From positions 1-37,028 of the forward strand of contig JBAYJP010000007.1 in assembly GCA_041665025.1 (NCBI GenBank): 37,028 nucleotides of DNA, read 5' to 3'. Positions 23,638-30,710 of this stretch are shown here, piece by piece (the first letter of the stretch is position 1; the number at the start of each line of letters is the position of its first letter). This DNA comes from Candidatus Magasanikiibacteriota bacterium (GTDB taxonomy: Bacteria > Patescibacteriota > Patescibacteriia > Magasanikbacterales > UBA922). The notes under the pieces were generated by a model. It was not told where the DNA came from. It searched no databases and was given only the letters and a program-made list of their open reading frames with translations. Made by a program: the position numbers and the translations under genes.

Positions 23638-25092
23638 TCAGTAGTAGGTCGGCTCGAACGGCAGGTCCGGGAAGTTGCACGGACCCCAGCAGTTCGCTGT
23701 GTCGTCGCAATCCACGAACTCGTCCGTGTCGTCGCTCACGCCATTGGTGCAGTCCTCGAACCACTGGGGGTACCAGCAGTCCGGATCGTCACGTGGCGGC
23801 AGACGGTCGTGATCGCTGTCTTCGCTCGCGAACGTGGTGCCCCACTCCTCCGTGCAGACCTCGGGCGCGCGGCAGTACCCTTGGGTCTCGATCGTCACCG
23901 TGAACGGAGCCCACTCGTCGCGCGAGTACATGTGGATGACGAGGAACACCCAGCCTTCACGTGTGGAAAGCCACGAGGTGTGGTCATTGCCACTAATGCC
24001 ACGGTAGGCCGAGGACAGGTAGTGGTAAGCCCCGTTCGGTGGAGTCTCGAGGGCCAGCCAGAAGTCCACGTCGCCGTGGTCATCGCACCCGTTCGACGGG
24101 CACTCATAGGTGAGCTCGGCGTAGACTTCAAGGTTGTTGCACACCGGGATCCCGATGTAGATGTCCCCGTCGTTGCCGTACGGTCCGTCGTAGACGGCCA
24201 CCCCTTCGAGCGTGATCGAGTACACCTCGTTCTCGGGCTGGAGCCAGAGGGCGTTCTCGATGCTGTCGTGTGCGAGGATGGGATCGTTGGGGGCACAGGC
24301 CACGTGGATGAAACACTCGGGGTCGCCGCAGTCCGTCAGCTCGTCGCTGTCATTGTTGACGCCGTCGTCGCAGACTTCACCGCCCCCTTCATCCCAACAC
24401 GCGTTGATCACGTCCTCACCCCAGCAGTTCCCGCTCTGACAGACGGTGTTGGTGTAACAGGGGTCGGGCAGTTCGCACGCCTGTCCCTCGAGGGCCTCGC
24501 GATCGAACACGCAGCCACGCTCCGGGTCGCACATGTCGAGCGTGCACGGGTTGCCGTCGTCGCAGACGAGTTCTTCGCCAGGCACGCACGTGGCGAGGTT
24601 GCAGTGGTCGCCCACGGTGCAGCGGTCGTTGTCCGTGCACTCGATGTGGTCGTCAGCTCTCGGGACGGCGTTCCAGCACTTGTGCCACTCACACCGGTCC
24701 TCCGTGGTGCACGGGTTGCCGTCGTCGCACTCTGCGTCGCTGTCGCAGCAACCCTCGACGCGTTTGACGACACAGGCACCGCGCACGCAGGAGTTCTCGG
24801 TGCAGTAGAGGTCGTCCTCGCAGTCGAAGTCCGTTCTGCACTCGCAGAACGGAACCCACCAGCACTCGGGGTCGTCGCAGTCGATCGCGCCGTCCTTGTT
24901 ATCATCCTTGCCGTTCATGCAGTTCTCCTCCGGCACCGGGACTTCCGGTTCCGGGCAGCTCCTGACGTCTTCCGACATCTGCCCCTCCGAGGTGTCGGTG
25001 TTGCGGTACGGGTTGTACTCGCTGTTGATATCGCAGGCGGAGATGGCGAAGAGGACGAGGAACAGCAGGGCGAGCTTCACGAAACGCTTCAT
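23638..25092 (-). CDS. Secreted Cys-rich lipoprotein (high-GC island)
   Basis: 484 aa with an SD (gagagg) upstream of the ATG. It has a signal peptide and lipobox (LFLVLFAISAC). There are three C-x-[ND]-G-x-[DN]3-x-D-x3-DC-x-D-x2-3-C metal-binding-type motifs (ENCMNGKDDNKDGAIDCDDPEC, EVCDDGVNNDSDELTDCGDPEC, EDCTNGVSDDTDEFVDCDDTANC). There are two CDDGNPCTxDxC repeats and a central beta-sandwich-like region. Third-codon positions are G/C-rich. Confidence 0.8.
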   Translation of the reverse strand: MKRFVKLALLFLVLFAISACDINSEYNPYRNTDTSEGQMSEDVRSCPEPEVPVPEENCMNGKDDNKDGAIDCDDPECWWVPFCECRTDFDCEDDLYCTENSCVRGACVVKRVEGCCDSDAECDDGNPCTTEDRCEWHKCWNAVPRADDHIECTDNDRCTVGDHCNLATCVPGEELVCDDGNPCTLDMCDPERGCVFDREALEGQACELPDPCYTNTVCQSGNCWGEDVINACWDEGGGEVCDDGVNNDSDELTDCGDPECFIHVACAPNDPILAHDSIENALWLQPENEVYSITLEGVAVYDGPYGNDGDIYIGIPVCNNLEVYAELTYECPSNGCDDHGDVDFWLALETPPNGAYHYLSSAYRGISGNDHTSWLSTREGWVFLVIHMYSRDEWAPFTVTIETQGYCRAPEVCTEEWGTTFASEDSDHDRLPPRDDPDCWYPQWFEDCTNGVSDDTDEFVDCDDTANCWGPCNFPDLPFEPTYY

Positions 25093-25219
25093 GACCCACC
25101 TCTCGGTTTTGAGGACACGACTCCCGGTTCCTACTTAGGTTTCGGAACCTTCCAATTTCAGGCACGAATATTTTTCATGCTAAAAACAAGAAGGTTCCCT
25201 TGTAAAGAACGAACAGGAG

Positions 25220-25311
25220 AGTATATCATAATTTGGCTAATTTGTCAATCACTGAACTTTTATATGTGATCTTTTACACGAGATTGACAAATATAGTAGT
25301 AGTGTTATGAT
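25220..25311. promoter_or_regulatory. Divergent near-consensus sigma70-type promoters sharing an 11-bp inverted repeat
   Basis: Plus strand: TTGACA (25284-89), 16-nt spacer, TATGAT (25306-11). Minus strand: TTGACA (25248-43), 17-nt spacer, TATACT (25225-20). The two -35 boxes lie within atttgtcaatc (25240-50) and gattgacaaat (25282-92). Confidence 0.55.
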
Positions 25312-25398
25312 ATTGTGTTGTCCGATGCCCCTCTACTGGGTGTCCTTGGTTGGATTTCCTGACCAAGTCCATTACGGAGGCAACAAAAGGAGCAGGTC

Positions 25399-25920
25399 AT
25401 GGCACGGAAGAAGGCAAAGGGTCCGCAGAGTGTTCAGGATGAGTCCAGCTTCGTCCAGCGTGTATACTTCGCGATCAGCGCTGCCGATCCGAAGAGCCGG
25501 GATTGGGACTCGGTGCCGATCATCCAGCGCTGGATGTGCCCGGAACCGAGCCGTCCCATCGAAGAGCTGGAGCAGGACGAGGCCTGGCCCTCCTACACCG
25601 AGGTCGTGCTGGCCCTCTACAAGCTGGCGACGAGGGAGTACGTCAGCTGGCAGATGATGGAACAGATCATCCATACCCTCGGCCGCTGCAGTAACCACCA
25701 GTTCGGACCGTTCGTCAAGCTGACGAATCCCCGCCACAATCCGAACGAACCCTCGAGGCGCTGGGCCACGCACCGCCTGTATGCGGTCCTCAAAGGCCAC
25801 ACCGGCGGGGGCATGCGCAACTGGCAGCGCGGTGCGATGAAGCGACTGAAGGAGTTGGAATTCCCACTGCCCCAGGTGCTCGACCGCCTCTTCATCGAGA
25901 AGACCCCCGATAACGAATAA
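25399..25920 (+). CDS. Hypothetical protein (high-GC island)
   Basis: 173 aa with an AAGGAG SD 6 nt upstream of the ATG. Third-codon positions are G/C-rich. The antisense 232-aa ORF is judged a shadow ORF. Confidence 0.65.
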   Translation: MARKKAKGPQSVQDESSFVQRVYFAISAADPKSRDWDSVPIIQRWMCPEPSRPIEELEQDEAWPSYTEVVLALYKLATREYVSWQMMEQIIHTLGRCSNHQFGPFVKLTNPRHNPNEPSRRWATHRLYAVLKGHTGGGMRNWQRGAMKRLKELEFPLPQVLDRLFIEKTPDNE

Positions 25921-26027
25921 CCGCTGCTTTCCTACCAGGTGTAACCACGTGATTCCTTCGATCAACTGATCGAACGCGAAGCCGGGGCACCGACGAGTCT
26001 GGCGAGAGATACAATTCTCCTCGCCGA

Positions 26028-26066
26028 CTGACATTATTTCCTTAATACTTAAGGAAATAATGTCAG
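26028..26066. repeat. Perfect 18-bp inverted repeat with a 3-nt loop
   Basis: ctgacattatttccttaa-tac-ttaaggaaataatgtcag. It is AT-rich and sits inside the GC-rich island. Its left arm overlaps the first copy of the 11-bp direct repeat gccgactgaca (26023-33; second copy 26163-73). Confidence 0.85.
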
Positions 26067-26185
26067 GCAAGAAATACTTTAAAAAAATAATCTATATACA
26101 GATAGGGAATGGCTATTAGCCATCTAATCAGATTGCCCTTCTTGATGAGTCGACAACGGATTGCCGACTGACAAGGAGAACCCTA

Positions 26186-26377
26186 ATGGGATCTTGGCTG
26201 GAGGAAAAGTGGGTCAAGGAACCACGGAGATTTCGAGACAACTGGCGGAACGGAGGCGGTGAATTCTTCTCATGCCGTGCGCAACCCACGATGAATGGGG
26301 ACAAGAAGCCGGCGTCGCCGAAGGACATCCCGCCCTTGAAATCGCCGGTGTCCAAGGGACCCGGCCCCGCGGAGTAG
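26186..26377 (+). CDS. Possible small basic protein (uncertain)
   Basis: 63 aa with an AAGGAG SD 7 nt upstream of the ATG. An antisense ORF (26128-26406) shares the same third-codon positions, so composition cannot tell them apart. Confidence 0.3.
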   Translation: MGSWLEEKWVKEPRRFRDNWRNGGGEFFSCRAQPTMNGDKKPASPKDIPPLKSPVSKGPGPAE

Positions 26378-26692
26378 TCGCTCGCAAGCAGTATTTCGTC
26401 CGCCACCCGGCGTACGAAGCCACGCGAGCGGCGTGGCTGGTCGTCTTTCCGACGACTGGCCGCTCCATCCTACCAGAGTAGATAAGGTTACTTGTATATT
26501 CTGGAAGAACCATGAGTTGTTAGACTCGTGGTTTTTTATTTATGACCTTGGTAATAGTAAGTCCGAACACCTGAACTTCGTGGCAGACGGAGATGTCGAG
26601 AAAACGTTGTGATGTTGCATGGCTAGTGGTTTGCGTGTTACAGTATCCTGGACCACTTACCATTGCACGTGCCGGGAATTGAGAGAAGGACA

Positions 26693-26899
26693 ATGCCGAA
26701 AGGTTTGCTAGAAATGTTGAGGGCGGATGCGCGGTCTCTAGAAGACTGGGACCGCCTCGTACCCCCAACAGAAACTCCAAGCACGGTCTTCACCATCGAC
26801 AAAGAGTATGGAATCGAGGCATCGCGCCTGGTCCTGTCGTCGGATGCAGAACGGCGAAAGCGACTCGAAGCAATTCTTGGCCGAAAGGCCACTGTTTGA
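26693..26899 (+). CDS. Small hypothetical protein
   Basis: About 68 aa from the ATG at 26693 (MPKGLLEMLRADARSLEDWDRL...), with a purine-rich gagagaagga just upstream. The sequence is plausible and not low-complexity. Confidence 0.4.
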   Translation: MPKGLLEMLRADARSLEDWDRLVPPTETPSTVFTIDKEYGIEASRLVLSSDAERRKRLEAILGRKATV

Positions 26900-27022
26900 C
26901 CGTTCGGTCAGGAGTCAAAAATACATCAAGCATCGGCACTCTCTGTGGTGGTGGTCGGGTGGCGGAGTGTGCCCTCAAAGGCGCATTCTACCCGTGCTGA
27001 CGCGCAAGCGCCGGCATTCTCA

Positions 27023-27044
27023 GGAGCCGTGCGTGCACGGCTCC
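27023..27044 (+). terminator. GC-rich hairpin, possible terminator
   Basis: ggagccgtgc-gt-gcacggctcc forms a perfect 10-bp stem followed by a T-biased tail (tcttgatttcc). Confidence 0.4.
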
Positions 27045-27251
27045 TCTTGATTTCCGATGTTATTTTGTCTCAACCAGTTTATTGTTATAGCGACGAAGAT
27101 TACCCAGCGACCGGAAAAGTCAATTCTCTTCGTGCACTGACTTTCTGTGATAACAACAAATTTTCTCTCATTTTAATTGCTATCTTAAACAAGTGATAAT
27201 CAGAATCAGAGTAAATTAGTAAATTATTTTGCTTGTCATAACATTAAGGAT

Positions 27252-27330
27252 TAAAAAACCCTGCTCGCTAAAACCTCCTGACCAGAAGCCAATAAGCTGC
27301 TAATCAGGTGGAGCGAGCAGGGTTTCCTTT
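27252..27330. terminator. Bidirectional terminator-like long hairpin
   Basis: aaccctgctcgct (27256-68) pairs perfectly with agcgagcagggtt (27311-23). The 42-nt interior is partly self-complementary. An A6 run lies on the left and tttcctttt on the right. It sits between convergent transcription units. Confidence 0.55.
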
Positions 27331-27532
27331 TCTCCACCTATGGTCCATGGATCATAGCGACCTCCTTTGAAGACAGATCGTATCTGTCTTTTAGTTCTGA
27401 GGATGTTTGTCCTTCTGTTATTTGGGTCGTTGGCCGATCCTATGGATGAGCCAATTGACGCCAAGAACAAAGAGGACCGAACCACAGACGAAGCCTGCGG
27501 CCAAGACTGCCACAACGTGGGGATTTTCCACT

Positions 27533-28039
27533 TCACTTCTTCCTTGTTCTGTTATCACTCTCTCCAGGCCAGATGACCTTGCCGCTACTGTCGAGACAGA
27601 AACCACTATAACACGTGCCGGTGCCTTCTCCGCATGGCGACCCGTTATTAGCCCCTATGTTGAGACAATGGTCGGATGCTTTGATTTTCCAGGTGAAGAG
27701 ACCTTTTCTCCACCCGCAGACGTCGTGCGTGCAGGGGTTGTAGTCATTGCAGTCCCGCAACTCTTCATTCACCTGACCGTTTTCGCAGGTGCACCGCAGG
27801 ATGCAGAATTGGCTCGAGACATGTCGACAGTGTTCGCCGTCTGGCATCTCGAACCACAAGCACTCCGTGCCGGTCCAGAACCGAAAGTTACAGGCGTCTC
27901 CGAACTCGACGCAGTCTTGACGATCGCCTTCGCTGTGGTCGGCATGGGCCCAGGCCCAGCCGAACACACCGGCGACAATCACGAAGAGTAAAAACACATC
28001 AAACCTCGCCCAGCGCTTTTGCGATTTTTTCGCGTTCAT
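27533..28039 (-). CDS. Secreted Cys-rich protein (high-GC island), possibly frameshifted at the 3' end
   Basis: 168 aa with an SD (gagagg) and a signal peptide (FLLFVIVAGVFGWAWA). It contains CNDYNPCTHDVC, related to the CDDGNPCTxDxC repeats of the 484-aa protein. A TM-anchor-encoding frame (27418-27606) overlaps the 3' end. Confidence 0.7.
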   Translation of the reverse strand: MNAKKSQKRWARFDVFLLFVIVAGVFGWAWAHADHSEGDRQDCVEFGDACNFRFWTGTECLWFEMPDGEHCRHVSSQFCILRCTCENGQVNEELRDCNDYNPCTHDVCGWRKGLFTWKIKASDHCLNIGANNGSPCGEGTGTCYSGFCLDSSGKVIWPGESDNRTRKK

Positions 28040-28041
28040 TC

Positions 28042-28395
28042 CTACCTCTCTTCCCCTTTGTCGTCGTAGGTCTTTTTTGTTGTCTTACCTCTTGAGAAGA
28101 TCAGAGGCAGACCGATGCGCAATACGAACCAGAGGATTGCCAAGAGCACAGCCGTATAGATTATATACTCACAGCCCTTGATGACACTCTCGCGCGTCTC
28201 CGGATATTCTTCAGCCAAGTAAGCCGGGAATGCCACAGCGAGGAGCGCCGCGATGACGGCGACCAGCCGATCGAGGACCCTAGTGATGTTAGTGACGTTA
28301 ACGATGTTGGTGATGTGACTCTTGATCGCCACGGTCGCCAGAACCACAACCGTAAGGCAAACCAGAGCCGCGAGTGCAACCAGGTAAACCCACAT
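28042..28395 (-). CDS. Small multi-TM membrane protein (high-GC island)
   Basis: I prefer the ATG at 28395 (MWVYLVALAALVCLTVVVLATVAI...), which has a GGAGAA SD 6 nt upstream. It has three hydrophobic helices. Its stop codon overlaps the SD of the downstream Cys-rich gene. Confidence 0.6.
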   Translation of the reverse strand: MWVYLVALAALVCLTVVVLATVAIKSHITNIVNVTNITRVLDRLVAVIAALLAVAFPAYLAEEYPETRESVIKGCEYIIYTAVLLAILWFVLRIGLPLIFSRGKTTKKTYDDKGEER

Positions 28396-28451
28396 GTCCG
28401 TTCTCCAAGCCAGGCCGTCGTGGCCTCTTAGGTGGGGTTGTGAAAGGACTG

Positions 28452-28460
28452 AAGATATTT
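28452..28460. repeat. 9-bp direct repeat AAGATATTT at the right edge of the GC-rich island
   Basis: Identical to 23521-23529. GC content drops at this point. Confidence 0.5.
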
Positions 28461-28757
28461 TACCAGGCTTGAGATATATTAACAAATGATATAGCTAACT
28501 TGAATTTAGTAAATCTTATTTTAAAGTATCTCGCTTTTTCGATCGAGGTATTTTTATGTTTACTTTTTAAAACTCTATGTTACTATTAAAATAGGGTTTG
28601 CATTTCTTGGCTTGCCCAACCGGTAAGCCGTTCACACCTCTCACAAACTCAGAGCATGAGGAAGGAGCCACTCATACCTCTCTCAGACGAAAAAAGAAGA
28701 CACCCTGTTAATTTAACGAGATGTCTTTAGTTAGGCGTTATCTCACACCCAGACCTT

Positions 28758-28916
28758 TTACATATTGTCTAGAGCTATTTTCAAAATAAAAATTAGGGTA
28801 GCAGACAGCAGACTAAGTGCGATGCCGATATAAATTAGAGTTTGATCTTTTTTTGTGATACCAACTACCAAACATACGACTGCTGCTATTGCAAGAATGA
28901 GGAAGATTAGACTCAT
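28758..28916 (-). CDS. Possible 52-aa two-TM membrane peptide
   Basis: Hand translation gives MSLIFLILAIAAVVCLVVGITKKDQTLIYIGIALSLLSATLIFILKIALDNM. It falls below the ORF-track length cutoff. Confidence 0.3.
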   Translation of the reverse strand: MSLIFLILAIAAVVCLVVGITKKDQTLIYIGIALSLLSATLIFILKIALDNM

Positions 28917-29003
28917 AAAATAGTGTTTTAAAATTAAGTTAATAGTGTGAAACGCCGTTTTTCGAGCCAGATATGCCGTGTTAAGCGATGTTATTTACGG
29001 TTT

Positions 29004-29309
29004 CTATGCATCTTTCGTTCGAATATTAACTCCGCCTATTTTTTTATACTCACGATTTTTATTCTTCGCAACTTTTTTCAAAATTTCTTTTTCAATATCA
29101 ATGTCCAATATGGCAGAAAGTCCAAAAATATATATTGCCACATCCGCTAACTCTTCGCCTAAATCAGGCAACTTTTTGCGGTAGGCGTTAAATGCCTCAG
29201 CAAGTTCACCATAAGTTAGGCCAAACTCAAAATTAATATCTGTCGTGTTAAATCCTTTAGCAACCTTATTATCGTAAATATTTTTTTGGAGTTTTTTTAG
29301 GTCAATCAT
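29004..29309 (-). CDS. MazG-like nucleotide pyrophosphohydrolase (small, single-domain)
   Basis: 101 aa. The motifs GELAEAF...LGEELADVAIYIFGLSAILDIDIEKEILKKVAKNKNREY follow the MazG-like EExxE/D helix pattern. Confidence 0.6.
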   Translation of the reverse strand: MIDLKKLQKNIYDNKVAKGFNTTDINFEFGLTYGELAEAFNAYRKKLPDLGEELADVAIYIFGLSAILDIDIEKEILKKVAKNKNREYKKIGGVNIRTKDA

Positions 29310-29364
29310 AAGTTTTGAAAAAGAAATTTTGAAAAAAGTTGTTCGAGCAAATAATTTCGCTTAA

Positions 29365-30438
29365 CTATTCAATATACTTGTAGCAACGCTCCTGGCTAAT
29401 TTTTAGCTCTGAAGTTTGAGGAATAATTTTTTCTGGGTTATATCCACCATAGGACTGCAGACTTTTTTCCGCATAAACACCTAGCTGACCTTGTTTATCT
29501 AATTTATTAGCCAATGCAACCATTTCCGTCATGGGATATTTCTCAAGGTCAATAAACCAAACTACTGGCTCGTTATTCTCATAGGCTTGTAACAAAGGAG
29601 CATATTTTTTCATCTCTTCCTCGTATTTATCTTGTACAGCGGCTTCTGATCCGCCCACAGATGTTAATATTGGTTTTAGTAACTCGGCAAGCGGTTCGTT
29701 CGCAGTGTCCTTACCAAAGGAAGAATAGAATAAACTATTGAAATTAAGAGTAAAATAATCTCCCTTATTTTCTTTTTTTGCAATGACCATGAAACGGATA
29801 GTGAGATCATTTTCTTGGATTAGTTTTTGTATTTCGTGTTTGGAGAGTGGTTCTAAAAAGAAAAGTCTACTGTAAAATCCGTTTGCTTCATGTTCAGTAC
29901 AAAAATTCTGTTCAAAAGATAGAGACCTTGTCCAGGAGCGAGAAATAAATAGTGTGCCGGATAATAAAAAAATAAGGAGAGAGACAAGGATAACTGTTGA
30001 AAATTTCCACGCAGAAAAAAATCTTCGAAATAAGAAGAAAAGCAAGGCAAAACCAAATTGAATTAATAAATACTCAATGAGGTAAAGTTCCACGCTCGCA
30101 ACAATAAAAGCCCCGCCCATGCCTTCACCTCGGTATTGTAGTGCGTTATATAGACTGATCGTGGGAGATAACAGAAGCAAAATGAAGAGGCCCAAGGTAA
30201 ACAGTAGTAGGTACTTTCTTTTCATTAGTTGTTCTCCTAAATAGAAAATAGCAATGAGCGGAATTATAGGTAGGACAAAGATGGGTAATCCAATGCCTAA
30301 AAGTTTAAATATTGAATTACGGTCAGTGTGGAAATAGGCTGCTCCTAGGCCGCTATAAGTAATGGCAGCATAACTTCCAAACCATAAAATACAGGCTAAG
30401 AGAAAATACCAAACATGCTTTTTTAACAACATTTTCAT
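29365..30438 (-). CDS. Polytopic membrane protein with C-terminal soluble domain, function unknown
   Basis: 357 aa with about 6 TM helices in the first 170 aa, followed by a hydrophilic domain. I recognise no motif. Confidence 0.55.
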   Translation of the reverse strand: MKMLLKKHVWYFLLACILWFGSYAAITYSGLGAAYFHTDRNSIFKLLGIGLPIFVLPIIPLIAIFYLGEQLMKRKYLLLFTLGLFILLLLSPTISLYNALQYRGEGMGGAFIVASVELYLIEYLLIQFGFALLFFLFRRFFSAWKFSTVILVSLLIFLLSGTLFISRSWTRSLSFEQNFCTEHEANGFYSRLFFLEPLSKHEIQKLIQENDLTIRFMVIAKKENKGDYFTLNFNSLFYSSFGKDTANEPLAELLKPILTSVGGSEAAVQDKYEEEMKKYAPLLQAYENNEPVVWFIDLEKYPMTEMVALANKLDKQGQLGVYAEKSLQSYGGYNPEKIIPQTSELKISQERCYKYIE

Positions 30439-30527
30439 AGTATGAGCAATTATAGAAGTAATATTAATGGAGATAGAGCGTTTTGTCCAGCTAGAAGTCA
30501 GTTAGCGTCTTATACACATAAGCATAT

Positions 30528-30556
30528 TTGACATTTTTTGTTATTTGCATTAAGCT
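30528..30556 (+). promoter_or_regulatory. Candidate promoter of the thr leader
   Basis: TTGACA (30528-33), 17-nt spacer, TAAGCT (30551-56), about 15 nt upstream of the leader ATG. The -10 box is weak. Confidence 0.3.
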
Positions 30557-30570
30557 GACTTCAACACAAT

Positions 30571-30648
30571 ATGACTACTACATTTCGTCTAACAACTACC
30601 ACAACTACCACAACCACCCATAAGTGGCTGAAGTTTGTTGTGAAATAA
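30571..30648 (+). CDS. Thr-rich leader peptide (thrL-like) of the threonine operon
   Basis: Hand translation gives MTTTFRLTTTTTTTTTHKWLKFVVK*. Twelve of the 25 codons are Thr, including a run of nine. It sits directly upstream of an intrinsic terminator and thrA. Confidence 0.75.
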   Translation: MTTTFRLTTTTTTTTTHKWLKFVVK

Positions 30649-30668
30649 TATTTAATCATCACATCACG

Positions 30669-30697
30669 ACCGACCTCAGCCTAGAGGTCGGTTTTTT
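30669..30697 (+). terminator. Attenuator terminator of the thr leader
   Basis: accgacctc-agccta-gaggtcggt forms a perfect 9-bp stem followed by a T6 run. It ends 14 nt before the thrA ATG. Confidence 0.75.
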
Positions 30698-30710
30698 AAT
30701 GTTTAACATT

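Noticed and set aside
23614-25269. 551-aa plus-strand ORF, the longest ORF in the GC-rich island.
   Set aside because: It is an antisense shadow ORF typical of high-GC DNA. The product is low-complexity and rich in Ala, Val and Arg, and it has no SD or sensible start context. The opposite strand encodes a protein with an SD, signal peptide, lipobox and repeated Cys motifs. The smaller nested ORFs at 23895-24905 are rejected for the same reason.
25372-26070. 232-aa minus-strand ORF opposite the 173-aa gene.
   Set aside because: Its N-terminus is simply the translation of the AT-rich 18-bp palindrome. It has no SD and shares third-codon positions with the plus-strand ORF, which does have an AAGGAG SD. 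I judge it a shadow ORF.
26128-26513. Minus-strand ORFs of 92 and 99 aa, and the plus-strand 69-aa ORF, in the 26.1-26.5 kb segment.
   Set aside because: All the frames overlap and share the same third-codon phase, and none has a motif I recognise. Only the 63-aa plus-strand ORF has a good SD, so I listed only that one, at low confidence. Coding in this segment remains unresolved.
27300-27991. Plus-strand 194-aa ORF (27407-27991), the 69-aa plus-strand ORF (27367-27576) and the 78-aa minus-strand ORF with a GTG start (27300-27536).
   Set aside because: The 194-aa ORF is antisense to the signal-peptide-bearing Cys-rich gene. The 78-aa ORF runs through the terminator hairpin and has no motif or SD. 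None has independent support.
23530-28451. Terminal inverted repeats or an encoded recombinase that would explain mobility of the GC-rich island.
   Set aside because: The inner ends (ggaagggggattgg... and ...gtgaaaggactg) are not inverted copies of each other. No island ORF resembles a transposase or integrase. Only the 9-bp direct repeat is observed, so the mechanism is left open.
28947-29184. Two plus-strand ORFs of 67 and 68 aa.
   Set aside because: They are antisense to the well-supported MazG-like gene. Their products are low-complexity and rich in Phe, Ile and Arg, typical of AT-rich shadow frames.
30624-30710. 5' extension of the thrA ORF, which the ORF track starts at a GTG at 30624.
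   Set aside because: The extension would read through the leader-peptide 3' end and the attenuator terminator. The conserved aspartokinase N-terminus MKVLKFGGSS begins at the ATG at 30711.
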